Shown here: positions 47,602 through 58,009 of the stretch, piece after piece
Layout of the letters: each line of letters starts with the position of its first letter
Position numbering within the stretch: position 1 is the stretch's first letter
Source: Nitrososphaeria archaeon
GTDB taxonomy: Archaea; Thermoproteota; Nitrososphaeria; JACIWG01
Length of the DNA: 64,000 nt
Direction: 5' to 3'
Assembly (NCBI GenBank): GCA_050011875.1
Contig: JBEKIG010000012.1
Location: forward strand, 1-64,000
Notes under the pieces: model-generated
What the model was told of the DNA's origin: nothing
Database searches by the model: none
The model's input: the letters and a program-made list of their open reading frames with translations, nothing else
Program-made: the position numbers and the translations under genes

Positions 47602-47901
47602 GTGTTCGGTAGGATGGTTAGTACACCGTACTATAAAGGAAGAAGCAGAGAATATAAGGTAATGTCAATGCTGAGGGAGGACGGTTGGGTATGCAGTCGA
47701 AGTGCGATGTCCCATGGCCCCGTAGACGTCTTTGCCGGAAGAGACGGAAAAACGATCTTAGTGCAGGTAAAGTGTGGCAAAGCGAGGATGGGGAGATTGG
47801 AAAAAGAAGAGCTTATAAGATGGTCTAAAGCTTTCGGAGCTAAAGCAGAAATATGGTATTTTAGAAAAAGAAACGGTGTTATAAAAGAGAAGTTAACTTA
47901 A
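47602..47901 (+). CDS. Hjc-like PD-(D/E)xK Holliday-junction resolvase family protein
   Basis: GRSREY...RSAMS...VDVFA...LVQVK. Confidence 0.8.
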   Translation: MFGRMVSTPYYKGRSREYKVMSMLREDGWVCSRSAMSHGPVDVFAGRDGKTILVQVKCGKARMGRLEKEELIRWSKAFGAKAEIWYFRKRNGVIKEKLT

Positions 47902-48032
47902 TATTTTTTAGTATCTTTGAACTTAACCTCGTAAAACAGAATTAGCAAGCCTAAAAGACCGAACGCAACTGCCAGAAATCCCAACGCGAACATGAAGTAT
48001 GGATCGTTTATCGCCAAAACCTGCAAGTTCAT
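47898..48032 (-). CDS. Small single-TM protein (44 aa, not in ORF track)
   Basis: MNLQVLAINDPYFMFALGFLAVAFGLLGLLILFYEVKFKDTKKY*; TTATATAA upstream. Confidence 0.55.
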   Translation of the reverse strand: MNLQVLAINDPYFMFALGFLAVAFGLLGLLILFYEVKFKDTKKY

Positions 48033-48167
48033 ATATTTCATCCTTCTTACGTCCTAAGATTATATAACCTTTTAAAAGGCATCTTTTTCGCTTAACAAAA
48101 ACATTCACAGGTTCTTCCACCATTCAACAAAAATGTTAAATAGTAACCTTTTACGCAATTACTATTC

Positions 48168-49604
48168 GTGAAAACACAAAACATAGACTCGGAACTGCCA
48201 TCTTATGCAATTGGAGTAGCGGAAAAAGCTGGAGCTGAATATGCTGAAGCACGTATCCAATCAGACGAGCACATAGTATGTATGCTCAAAAATGGGCAGC
48301 AGCAGCCCATTGCAATCGGTGAATCTTTGGGACTTGGCATTAGAGTCATACTAAATGGTGGACTCGCCTTCTCTGCTACGAATATCCTTGACAGAATTCA
48401 AATAAGGGAACTTGTCGAAAACACTGTCAAGAAAGCGAAGGCAACCTCAGAGCTTCTCAAGAATAAGATAAAGTTCAGCAGGGAAAAAAAGGTAAAGAAA
48501 AAGTGGCAGGCTGAAGAGAAGGAGAAGCTTGAAGATAGAAACTTTGAAGACATGATTAAAACATTGAAGGATTTAGACGGCATTATTATAGAAAGAAAGG
48601 AGTACATCCCAATGAGATTTATAGAAATGGAAATTTCTTTTGATAGCAAGATTTTTGAAAATTCTCAGGGAGCGCACGTAGAAGGGTATGTGCCAAGACT
48701 GTATGTCTCAGGTTTTTTAACAGGGATGAAAGGTGATAAAATGGCTCAGAAGTCAATAGAGTATGGAGGCAGTGGTGGATGGGAGCTACTTGAGAAACTC
48801 AAGATTAGAAATGGATTGGAACACCAAACCAAAGTAATAAAGGACATTATTGACGAAGGCCGTAAGATGGTTCCAGGCAGCTACGATATAATAACCGGTT
48901 CAGAAGTCACAGGTATAATGGCACATGAGTCCATCGGACACCCCTTTGAAGCTGACAGGATACTTGGGAGAGAGGCCGCGCAAGCGGGCGAATCCTACTT
49001 ACAACCGTCCGACGTCGGGAGAAAAATTGGAAGTGAACAGGCTAATATCAGCGACGATCCTTCTATTCCTAATTCGTACGGCTTCTACCTATATGATGAT
49101 GAAGGGATTGCTTCTAGGAAGAGGAAACTCGTTGTAAACGGTGTTGTAAACGAACTTTTACACAATAGAACTACCGCGAGAACGTTCAAGACAAAGAGCA
49201 ATGGCGCAGCACGATCGGTTGGGTTCGACAGAGAGCCTATTATACGCATGGCAAATACTTTCGTGGAAGCCGGAGACTATACTTTTGATGAGCTCATAAA
49301 AGAAGTCAAACACGGCATCTTCATCAACTCTTTTATGGAATGGAACATCGATGACATAAGGCAGAACCAAAGATATGTGGGGCATGAAGCTTACGCAATA
49401 GAAAAGGGTGAAATAGTGAATCCCCTTGTCAATCCCATTATTGAAGTAGCGACAGAAAGGTTGTGGAGCAGTCTTGATGCTCGCGGAAATAACTTAGATT
49501 TTTGGGCCGCGACCTGCGGTAAAGGAGACCCTTCACAGGGCGCTCCCGTCTGGGCAGGCGGCCCCAGCCTAAGGTTTAGGAACATGATGGTGAAAACCAG
49601 ATGA
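48168..49604 (+). CDS. tldD: TldD metalloprotease
   Basis: GLGIRV, HESIGHPFEAD, YDDEG, RMAN, CGKG. Confidence 0.92.
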   Translation: MKTQNIDSELPSYAIGVAEKAGAEYAEARIQSDEHIVCMLKNGQQQPIAIGESLGLGIRVILNGGLAFSATNILDRIQIRELVENTVKKAKATSELLKNKIKFSREKKVKKKWQAEEKEKLEDRNFEDMIKTLKDLDGIIIERKEYIPMRFIEMEISFDSKIFENSQGAHVEGYVPRLYVSGFLTGMKGDKMAQKSIEYGGSGGWELLEKLKIRNGLEHQTKVIKDIIDEGRKMVPGSYDIITGSEVTGIMAHESIGHPFEADRILGREAAQAGESYLQPSDVGRKIGSEQANISDDPSIPNSYGFYLYDDEGIASRKRKLVVNGVVNELLHNRTTARTFKTKSNGAARSVGFDREPIIRMANTFVEAGDYTFDELIKEVKHGIFINSFMEWNIDDIRQNQRYVGHEAYAIEKGEIVNPLVNPIIEVATERLWSSLDARGNNLDFWAATCGKGDPSQGAPVWAGGPSLRFRNMMVKTR

Positions 49605-50938
49605 GCGTCGAAATTCTAGATAGGATAACTGAAGCGACGTATTCGAAAGCTCTCGCATTAAAGCCCGACGATATCTCAATTATTTCGGCTTACAGCGAAG
49701 AATCGATGCTGAGGTTCAGCAATAATTCCGTTACGGTGATTGATACACTGAAAGAAGTGGTTGTGTTCCTATATATGGCAAAAGAAGAAAAAAAAGTTGT
49801 AGGTGCAACATCCACTGTAAATGAATCCAATTTAGACAGCTTTGTCGAGCGACTGTTTTCCAGCATAAAATTCACAGAAAAAAGTGTGGATTACGTTCCT
49901 CTTCCAAAGATTAAATCTATTTCTACTTCAAGAAACTACGATAGTAGAATAGAGAAGTTGGGAGAAAAAATTGTTGACTTGGGTGGTGAGGCAATAAATG
50001 CCGCACTCAGGGAAGGGGCTGAAAGAGTTTCTGGGGTCTTAACGGCGAACACAGAATCGTACAAAATAAAGACTTCAGGAGGAGCGGAAAATTCGGACAA
50101 GGTGACCTCGATATCGATAAACGTAAGAGCTTTTTCAGGCACTAACTCAAGTGGTCACGGGCTTTCTTGTGCTGCTTCACTTCCGAACTTCAACGGAGTT
50201 GAAGCGGGAAGCACCGCTGGTAGATTCGCCAAAGAATCTCAGAAGACCGGCCATTGGGAAGAGGGCGAATATACGCTGATAATGGGGCCTACTGTAACAG
50301 CAGATTTCCTAGAAATAGTGGGTTACTCTTCTTCGGCTTTCCGTGTTGATGCTGGAACCTCTTTCTTAAAGGATTCTTTGGGTAAGAAGATTGCGACCGA
50401 GGATTTAACGCTCGAAGACTATGGAGCAATTGAAGGAGGACTGGCAGGCAGGTCATTTGATGATGAAGGTGTTCCAACTCAGAGAACGGGCATAATAGAC
50501 AAGGGAACGTTACAGACTTACCTTCATAATTCGTCTACAGCAAAGAAATACGGTACGAAGACTACTGGAAATGCGGGCATCATCGCTCCTCATCCTTGGA
50601 ACCTCGTCGTCAAGTCAGGAAAATCTGATTTGGATGAAATGATTCGAGAAACTAAGAAAGGGGTCTATGTTACGAACAACTGGTATACAAGGTACCAGAA
50701 TTATGTGGCAGGAGAATATTCAACGCTTCCAAGAGATGCGACTTTTCTTATCGAAAATGGTTCAATAAAGTACGCTATCAATGGAATAAGGATAAGCGAC
50801 AACGTACCGAGACAGCTGCTGAACATCAAGGGGATCGGCAAAGAAAGAAAGTGGATTGAATGGTGGGAAGTGGAAACACCGATATTGACACCTGCATTGG
50901 TTATAGATAACGTTGCAATAACTAAAGCGCAGCTATAG
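49601..50938 (+). CDS. pmbA: TldE/PmbA
   Basis: LRFSNN, FDDEG, TTGNAG; no HExxxH. Confidence 0.88.
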   Translation: MSVEILDRITEATYSKALALKPDDISIISAYSEESMLRFSNNSVTVIDTLKEVVVFLYMAKEEKKVVGATSTVNESNLDSFVERLFSSIKFTEKSVDYVPLPKIKSISTSRNYDSRIEKLGEKIVDLGGEAINAALREGAERVSGVLTANTESYKIKTSGGAENSDKVTSISINVRAFSGTNSSGHGLSCAASLPNFNGVEAGSTAGRFAKESQKTGHWEEGEYTLIMGPTVTADFLEIVGYSSSAFRVDAGTSFLKDSLGKKIATEDLTLEDYGAIEGGLAGRSFDDEGVPTQRTGIIDKGTLQTYLHNSSTAKKYGTKTTGNAGIIAPHPWNLVVKSGKSDLDEMIRETKKGVYVTNNWYTRYQNYVAGEYSTLPRDATFLIENGSIKYAINGIRISDNVPRQLLNIKGIGKERKWIEWWEVETPILTPALVIDNVAITKAQL

Positions 50939-50967
50939 CGCATCCTATAGACCCAAGAGTTTGGCTG

Positions 50968-52212
50968 CTAGTCTTCGACAATGTGCCTAATGTACATGTG
51001 AGTCTGGTGTATTGTCTGCTTCTTTCCTTCGTATGTCCCGGTGTTCAGTAGATAGAATGAGACACCGCAGCTGTAAAGTTTTCTAAAGAAAGCTTCTTCA
51101 GCGCCCAGGTTGTGCTCTGGTGGATACGGGTTATAGAAAGGCTCGTAACCGTACTGCCCCCATTTCTCAGGTGGGCCTGAACCCGGTCGTATTATAAACT
51201 TCCCTTCCTTGAGCACCCTAATCGCTTCATCTATGCCCAGAAGTGTTACAGGCTTTGTGGTGTCATCGCGAGTTAAGAGCAGCACATATTTTACACGACA
51301 TTCGTTTGATAGGTTCTCTTTCCCCTTGGGAACTTCGACGAGGTTTCCTAAGGCGTCTTTTATCATCATAGGAAAACGGTCCCTTGGAAACATAACCCTA
51401 GAGTTGGCATATGACCAATAACATCTGTCCGCGTTTAGGTCGAAGACGCATTTTCTTTCCCCGTTCATTACAGCTTTATAGCATTCACCTATCTTTTCGC
51501 TTTCTATAGAGTATTGAGCGCATTTGGCTTTCTCGTTCACGATGTTTTCGAGTGGTAAATCGTTGAAGAACTTGGTAAATATTGGGTGATTAAGGGCGAT
51601 CTCAGACCTCATATAGAGCCAACTTTCTGTAGCGTAGGCAATGGGATCAGGTTTAAAGAAGACAAAGACATAGTCGTCAGAGTGAACTTTAGCATCTCTT
51701 ATATTATATATTAGTTCATGGAACTGTGAAGTCTTACCCGTGCCTGTTGGTGCGACGATGACGACTCCGTCATAGCCGTGACTGTTAGGTACGCCAACAC
51801 ATGCGCCGTGAATCGCGTACCCTCCTCTTTTTTCCAACAGACGCGTTGACAAACCCAGTGCGCCAGCGGATTTTGCTGCTCCATAGTATTCACAATTAAC
51901 TATAAGAACCCTGCTTGTTTTAAAATCATAGTAGATGGACGGCTCTAAGTCTTCAACATCATTAATGTCATAGATCCAGCCGTCTATTTTATCTTCCTTT
52001 GAACCAGGAAACCAGTTAAGCTTCCAGTATTCATACACGTGGCTAGAATTTGTCATCAGCTTTATTCTGACACCACATATGTCGGCAACTGCTTTAAAAG
52101 GCAGATCTTTGTGGGTTTTAAGAATTCTATCTATCTCCCCCTTATCCTTTACCTTTGGAGGACGACGGTCGGGATAAGTGAAATAGTTGTTCTTTATCTT
52201 AGGGTCCTGCAT
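50968..52212 (-). CDS. HPr-kinase/PEPCK-like P-loop protein
   Basis: IHGAC, APTGTGKTS, HSDD, PFYNPY, YLLNTG. Confidence 0.7.
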   Translation of the reverse strand: MQDPKIKNNYFTYPDRRPPKVKDKGEIDRILKTHKDLPFKAVADICGVRIKLMTNSSHVYEYWKLNWFPGSKEDKIDGWIYDINDVEDLEPSIYYDFKTSRVLIVNCEYYGAAKSAGALGLSTRLLEKRGGYAIHGACVGVPNSHGYDGVVIVAPTGTGKTSQFHELIYNIRDAKVHSDDYVFVFFKPDPIAYATESWLYMRSEIALNHPIFTKFFNDLPLENIVNEKAKCAQYSIESEKIGECYKAVMNGERKCVFDLNADRCYWSYANSRVMFPRDRFPMMIKDALGNLVEVPKGKENLSNECRVKYVLLLTRDDTTKPVTLLGIDEAIRVLKEGKFIIRPGSGPPEKWGQYGYEPFYNPYPPEHNLGAEEAFFRKLYSCGVSFYLLNTGTYEGKKQTIHQTHMYIRHIVED

Positions 52213-52859
52213 CGCAAAAAACCCACTAGACAGCCATCCTATAAACTTTCAAATGGTGATAGTAGCAAAATGATAGACAAAACGCAATTTAGTTTAACTA
52301 TTTTTGGCACTTTAACAATTCTTGATTCCCTTAGAAGTACGGATGCTATTTAACTTGCACTTCCTTTATTACCTTGTGGATTAAGCGATAAGTCCGGAGA
52401 AGAGGTGGCGATTAAACCAAGTCGACTATGTTGACTGGCGGGGGAAGAAGCTGCCCAAGATCCCAGTGTTAGATTATTTTTTCAAACTGCTGGAAAATGA
52501 TGGGATAAAAGCCAGACACAGTTTTTGGCGTTAAAAAATCTAAATTTAACAGCAAATTTAACACACAACGCAACATAACACCGACTTAACAGACCTGATA
52601 GCCTATTTGTCCATAATCAATATTTACCAGACTTTTGTCAAAATTAAAATCATAAAGATAATTCCCAGATCAAACCTTTTTAATAAAATCGGATGCTAAC
52701 CCAAAATTGTAGCCAGATGATCGAGTCTTATATAATTAAGTAAGATAGTAAAATAATGGGATCATACGCTATAGTAAAATGGAAAAAGCTCTCTCCAACA
52801 AGGTTTTTAATCTATGTCAAGAGCAACGAAAAGTTCTCAAAACTTAAAGCTTATAGGTT

Positions 52860-53327
52860 TCAAGAAACTTTGACTTTAAAGTCCTCCTTTACAACGTTAA
52901 GAACGACGTTTGTAACTGTTCTTTTCACATAAGGTATGGTTAAGAGTTTCTTTACGAAGACGTTTAAATCGAATTTGTTCTTAAACCTTACAGTCACTGC
53001 GATATCAAAATCTCCTGTAATATCATATACAATAGCAACATTATCAATTTTTGCAATCTCACTTTCTACCTCTAAGAGGTGAGCTCCTTCAGCTTGGATC
53101 AACATGATGGCAGTCATAGCGTATCCAAGTTTAACGGGATCCACGAGGACGGTATAGCCTTTTAAGATTCCTTTTTTTTCTAAGTTTTTGGTGCGGTTAT
53201 ATGCTGTTCCGACGGATATCCCTAATTTTTTTGCTATCTTGTTAAAACTTAGGCGCGAATCTTCTTGAAGTAGATTAATAATTCGGAGATCAACTTCATC
53301 GAACTTCTCAAGTGAAGCGGGTTCCAA
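52860..53327 (-). CDS. Lrp/AsnC transcriptional regulator
   Basis: DEVDLRIINLLQEDSR HTH, YDITGDFD RAM domain; divergent from glnA. Confidence 0.92.
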   Translation of the reverse strand: MEPASLEKFDEVDLRIINLLQEDSRLSFNKIAKKLGISVGTAYNRTKNLEKKGILKGYTVLVDPVKLGYAMTAIMLIQAEGAHLLEVESEIAKIDNVAIVYDITGDFDIAVTVRFKNKFDLNVFVKKLLTIPYVKRTVTNVVLNVVKEDFKVKVS

Positions 53328-53462
53328 CGTTTTCTCTCACAAATACTTTTTATTAATAGATATATAAGTATTCATTAAAGTGCGAAAATTTTAAATATTT
53401 ATATATATAACTCAAAAGATTTATATATATATCAAAAGGGAAAGTCAATCCATTGAATAAAA

Positions 53463-54938
53463 ATGAGCGACATGAAAGATGCTGAGCCCTTAGAAAAGGC
53501 TATTGAATCCTTGAAAACGAACAATATACGCTGGGTGCACTCGACCTTCGTGGACATGCGGGGTTTGATGCAGGACATGGTCTTACCTGCAAAGGAGTAT
53601 ATTAATGGCGACGCTTTTACATCGGGTCTAGGTTTCGATGGATCTTCGATCAGAGGCTTCAAATCAATCGAAGATTCAGACATGATCCTTATGCCAGATC
53701 CAAAGACTTTAGCTGTAATCCCTTGGACTACTGATGCAAACCAGAAGAGCGCAATCATCATAGGAGATGTCTATGAAGCCTACGGTGGTAAAGAGCCCTC
53801 TGAAGTATGTCTGAGGGGATATGTTGCGAAAAGAGCTGTGAAAGCGGCAAAAGAAATGGGATATACTGGATACTTCGCCCCCGAATTGGAATACTTCGTC
53901 TTCTCATCAATCGACCCTACCAAGCTGGTTTGGGACCTTTGGGTAAGCCCGAAAGGAGGTGAAGGGGATTCTTGGGGAGCCCCAAGAGTTGTACCCCAAT
54001 CAAATGAGATCACTCCTGGAGGTTTCATTCTCAGACCTAAGGAAGCGTACTTTAGGCCCCCTCCAGAAGACACAACTTGCGAATATCGCAATGAAGTCTC
54101 TTCAATACTTGAGGATTACTTTGGCTTTTCAATCGAGAAACATCATCATGAGGTAGCTACATCTGGCCAGCTTGAAATCGACTTCCGCTACGGAGGCTTG
54201 ATCGACACGGCCGATAAAGCATTATACTACAAGTTTGTAGCTAAAAATGTAGCCAAAAAATACGGGTTGATAGCTACCTTCATGCCGAAACCCGTCTATC
54301 TCGACAACGCTAGCGGAATGCATGTCCATGCTTCTTTATGGAAGGGTTCAGAAAATGTTATGTACGATGAGAATGACGAATACGGGGAGTTCAGCCAGAC
54401 TGGAAGATACTTTATCGGCGGGCTACTGGAGCACGCCAGAGCTTTGACAGCGGTATGTTGCCCAACAGTCAGTTCTTTTAAACGGCTTGTCCCAGGCTTT
54501 GAGGCCCCAATCTACATCATGTGGTCCCGTCGTAACAGGTCTGCACTGGCAAGAATACCACTGTACTACAAGGGGCCAGAGCACGTCTCTCAAAAGCGCG
54601 TTGAATACAGGGGTGTTGACCCATCGTGTAATCCCTACATCGCATTCTCATGCATTCTAATGGCCGGGCTTGATGGAGTCAAGAAGAAGATCGATCCAGG
54701 CGACCCTGTTGACGAAGACGTCTACAAACTGTCTCCCGAAAGGCGAAAATCTTTGGGGATAAAGGAGCTCCCAACAACGTTAAAGGACGCCTTGGAGGAG
54801 ATGAAGGGTGATGAAGTGATTCATAAAACACTTGGGAGCCACATATTCGATGCCTTCATAGAATACAAGACGAACGATTGGAACCAGTACTGTCTATACG
54901 TGACACCGTGGGAGATAATGAAATACCTCGATTATTAA
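53463..54938 (+). CDS. glnA: Glutamine synthetase type I
   Basis: FDGSSIRG, HHHEVA, TFMPKP, SGMHVH, RLVPGFEAP, NRSA. Confidence 0.96.
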   Translation: MSDMKDAEPLEKAIESLKTNNIRWVHSTFVDMRGLMQDMVLPAKEYINGDAFTSGLGFDGSSIRGFKSIEDSDMILMPDPKTLAVIPWTTDANQKSAIIIGDVYEAYGGKEPSEVCLRGYVAKRAVKAAKEMGYTGYFAPELEYFVFSSIDPTKLVWDLWVSPKGGEGDSWGAPRVVPQSNEITPGGFILRPKEAYFRPPPEDTTCEYRNEVSSILEDYFGFSIEKHHHEVATSGQLEIDFRYGGLIDTADKALYYKFVAKNVAKKYGLIATFMPKPVYLDNASGMHVHASLWKGSENVMYDENDEYGEFSQTGRYFIGGLLEHARALTAVCCPTVSSFKRLVPGFEAPIYIMWSRRNRSALARIPLYYKGPEHVSQKRVEYRGVDPSCNPYIAFSCILMAGLDGVKKKIDPGDPVDEDVYKLSPERRKSLGIKELPTTLKDALEEMKGDEVIHKTLGSHIFDAFIEYKTNDWNQYCLYVTPWEIMKYLDY

Positions 54939-54981
54939 AGATGAAAAAAAGAAGAAAGAATAATATTCCAAAATGATATAA

Positions 54982-55160
54982 ATTCCTACCGGTTCATAAT
55001 AATAAATAGGAACTCAGGTGCTGAAAGGAAAATAGTTAAAGAACTCAAAAAGATAATTGAAGTCAAAGAAGTGCACCTGGACTACGTCAGATTCGACATT
55101 ATAGACAGTTCAAGCGCACTTGATGGAAATAAGACTGTTGCAACAATCTTAATAGAATCG
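54982..55160 (+). pseudogene. Stand-alone Lrp/AsnC ligand-binding (RAM) domain remnant
   Basis: PT/FIIINRNSGAERKIVKELKKIIEVKEVHLDYVRFDII...TVATILIE; no valid start, frameshift and internal deletion. Confidence 0.55.
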
Positions 55161-55299
55161 CTTTCGTCCCTTTTGAGTGAAGGTGCATGTGTAAAGGAAC
55201 CCAAATGGATTAACTCTCTTCGGTATCGAATGTTAAACTGCGAGCGCAGCATCCGTGCGGGGGGAGCCTCCGTCAATCCTCCAGTTGTTGAAACTTAAA

Positions 55300-55845
55300 C
55301 TATACGATTCTACAAAAGTTCAGAATCAGCTCTGCGTTAAGTACTTCAGGATGGAATAAGCAGCCGTATATTTCCTGGCCTTTCTGTTTGATTATGCTTG
55401 CTATGCAACCAGTTGTAGCGATCACATCGAAACTGCTATTTACCTTAACTATTTTAGAAACCAGAAAATATGAATAGAACTCCCCGCTAGATGACAGAGG
55501 ATTCTGCTTCACAACCTTGACCTCATGTTGGCCGATTATTTTTCTATCCAACAGTTCACCACCAAACGTCTTCGCTATTATCTGCATTCCTGCACAGATA
55601 CCTAGAACAGGCTTGCCTAGCCCATTTAGATAATTGAAAGCCTCAATATGGTGAAGGTATTCGAAGTCTTTGAGGGAAGTACCGCAAATTATGATCTTAT
55701 CTACATTTATTAGTTCATTTGAATTGACTTTTAAATAATGTTTTACTTGGAAGACGTTATTTACTTTTTCAAGAATTTTACTGATCGGTTCGACGAATTC
55801 TAGCTCACTTAATCTGTCAAGGCAGACGTTAACTATAAGAATCAT
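55300..55845 (-). CDS. Class I glutamine amidotransferase
   Basis: LGICAGMQ nucleophile and FHPE triad. Confidence 0.85.
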   Translation of the reverse strand: MILIVNVCLDRLSELEFVEPISKILEKVNNVFQVKHYLKVNSNELINVDKIIICGTSLKDFEYLHHIEAFNYLNGLGKPVLGICAGMQIIAKTFGGELLDRKIIGQHEVKVVKQNPLSSSGEFYSYFLVSKIVKVNSSFDVIATTGCIASIIKQKGQEIYGCLFHPEVLNAELILNFCRIV

Positions 55846-56522
55846 TTCTTGATCAGCCTAGCTCTCTTTATTACAAACCATCCAGAGTAATTTTTGTAGA
55901 CTATATCGTGCTCTAAGATTTCTATTTCCTTTTTAAAGAAGGGTGCGTTGATAACTGTTGTCTCTATTTCGCCACCTTCTCCAGCGGGGTTAAGACCATA
56001 TTTCCTTGCATATATCTCTAATTTTGCTACCATATCATCGTTGATGGTCTTTCCCAAGAAGTTAATGTCCAATGGATAAGCAAAGACACCTGAAATGATT
56101 GTCTTGATTCCAGCTGATAGGCCTTCCCTTAGAACCTCGACCTGATCTCTTAACCATAGAGGATTAAAGCACCAAAGAGAAAGTTTGTCACAGACTTTCT
56201 GTATCCTGCTAGCTTGATAAATTGATTTTATGGATCCCATAACAACCCCTTCGATTTCAAACTTCTTTTTAGCGATCAATATTGCCGCCTCAAGATCTAA
56301 CAGTTCCTCTTCCTTCTTTCCTTCTGTTATCTTATGGATCAAAGGCAGGCCTATTGCCTGAGCCTGCAGTGATGTAATGGAAATATTGGGCACATGGAAC
56401 ATGTAACTCTCCTTATTTTTAGAAATTAGACTGATCAAACAGACAACATCATGATATCTTCTAGCTTTGTAAAAGGCTAAACACGAATCCTTTCCACCTG
56501 AGAAGAGTATGCCGACTCTCAC
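55842..56522 (-). CDS. dph6: Diphthine--ammonia ligase (Dph6 family)
   Basis: SGGKDS, SYMFH, PLW, GEGGEIET. Confidence 0.88.
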   Translation of the reverse strand: MRVGILFSGGKDSCLAFYKARRYHDVVCLISLISKNKESYMFHVPNISITSLQAQAIGLPLIHKITEGKKEEELLDLEAAILIAKKKFEIEGVVMGSIKSIYQASRIQKVCDKLSLWCFNPLWLRDQVEVLREGLSAGIKTIISGVFAYPLDINFLGKTINDDMVAKLEIYARKYGLNPAGEGGEIETTVINAPFFKKEIEILEHDIVYKNYSGWFVIKRARLIKK

Positions 56523-56720
56523 AATGTATCACAGAACTTCAATATCTTATAAATGCTGTTCAATAGGTAGTATATGAATTTCACTTTTACTGAAGAACTG
56601 TTAGACTTGTCGAGGTGGTCAGTTTAATATACAATGTGAAGGTTTTAAATAGAAAGCTTGAAAATTTCAATTAAAGGCTATGAAATGATTATAAGTAAAA
56701 AACCTTCCAAAGGTTAGTGT

Positions 56721-57227
56721 TTGAATATGTATCCTATGCTGAGAAGTGAAAGAAAGATGGATGCCAAAAAAGTCAAGGAATTCTTGATCGAAGCTAAAGT
56801 GGGGAGATTAGGTTTGTCGCAGAACAACGAAGCATATGTAGTCCCAGTCATCTACATCTATGATCCAACAAATGGGATGATTTATATTCACTGCGCCAAA
56901 AAGGGGAGAAAGACTGATATGATAAAGTCTAACCCTAAGGCATGTTTTGAGGTAGACGAATCGTCCGGACTTGTAACCGGCAGCTCTCCATGTGAAAACG
57001 ATCAAATCTACCGAAGTGTGATAGCGTTCGGAGAGGCTAATTTCCTTCATGATCCATCGAGGAAGGCTGAAGTGTTGAACATGATCGTAGAAAAGTACGC
57101 TTATAGCGAGAGAAAAAACAGGGCTTCGGTTACACCTGAAAAGGCTGAGGGAACACAAATCATCGCGATAAAAGTTTTGAGTAAATCTGGAAAGGAGAAC
57201 AAGGGCAAGACCATACCATATCAATGA
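56721..57227 (+). CDS. Pyridoxamine-5'-phosphate oxidase-like / NimA flavin-binding protein
   Basis: VGRLGL, YVVPV, HCAKKGRK, NPKACFEVD, YRSVIAFG. Confidence 0.87.
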   Translation: MNMYPMLRSERKMDAKKVKEFLIEAKVGRLGLSQNNEAYVVPVIYIYDPTNGMIYIHCAKKGRKTDMIKSNPKACFEVDESSGLVTGSSPCENDQIYRSVIAFGEANFLHDPSRKAEVLNMIVEKYAYSERKNRASVTPEKAEGTQIIAIKVLSKSGKENKGKTIPYQ

Positions 57228-57490
57228 ACTCCAGCGGTGAAAAAATAAAGAAAGTCAGGTGAAGGGGATCCTTTTGTTTAATAAAATATAGGTTCGGGTG
57301 TGATATTGCTTCCGTATAATTGTTTTCAGAGCTTAGATCCAGAGGCCTGAAGATGTTGGAACTTGGCATTACGTGGAGTTACTAATGGATGTCGATAAAA
57401 CCTTTGAGGCAAAAGCTCAAGTGAAGATGACAAGAAAGCTTGGGTTCTAAATTTAATATTCTTCTTTCCCATTTCTGCCTTAAATAGGAT

Positions 57491-58009
57491 CTACTTTGTT
57501 ATTCTTTTATAGATCACGTTCATTATCTTCGCGTGTCTATCTTCATCTACGATGATCCAGTCTACAATTGTGCTTATCAGACCTACGTCTATGCCTATCT
57601 CCTGCGCTTCAAGCTTAGCTATTTGAAGGTTTAATGAAGTATACTTCTCTTCGCCTATAAAGCTCTCGAACTGAGACATCTTTTCTACAAGCAGAGGTAA
57701 ATTTGGTTCTCCAGAATCCATTGTCTCCTTCATAGCCAATTCTTTTAGTCTACTCCATACTGCACCCATAGAATTTTCGCAGATTATGATATCTTGATTG
57801 AATTCGAAATCATCCACGCTCTTAGCTATGGCGCTTAAGATAAGTGAATGCTTATGGCTGTCAGTTGAAATGTAGAGTAAAAGTTTCTTAACAATAGCAT
57901 CATTAACGGTATCAGCAAGGCTCTCATAAGCTTTGGATATTGCGTTTTCTAACAAACTTGTACAGAAAAACGTCTTAGCTATTTCTCTCTTGTTTACTCC
58001 ACTGTTCAC
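57491..58009 (-). CDS. Ferritin-like (rubrerythrin-type) protein
   Basis: LENAISKAY, DSHKH, DEDRH helical motifs. Confidence 0.72.
   Translation of the reverse strand: MNSGVNKREIAKTFFCTSLLENAISKAYESLADTVNDAIVKKLLLYISTDSHKHSLILSAIAKSVDDFEFNQDIIICENSMGAVWSRLKELAMKETMDSGEPNLPLLVEKMSQFESFIGEEKYTSLNLQIAKLEAQEIGIDVGLISTIVDWIIVDEDRHAKIMNVIYKRITK

Noticed and set aside
52380-52535. GC-richer patch with a startless frame (VDYVDWRGKKLPKIPV...)
   Set aside because: No recognisable family or RNA structure; possibly a remnant but unsupported.
55235-55285. GC-rich patch resembling an IS200/605 end or structured RNA
   Set aside because: Only short alternative stems, no second end and no transposase.
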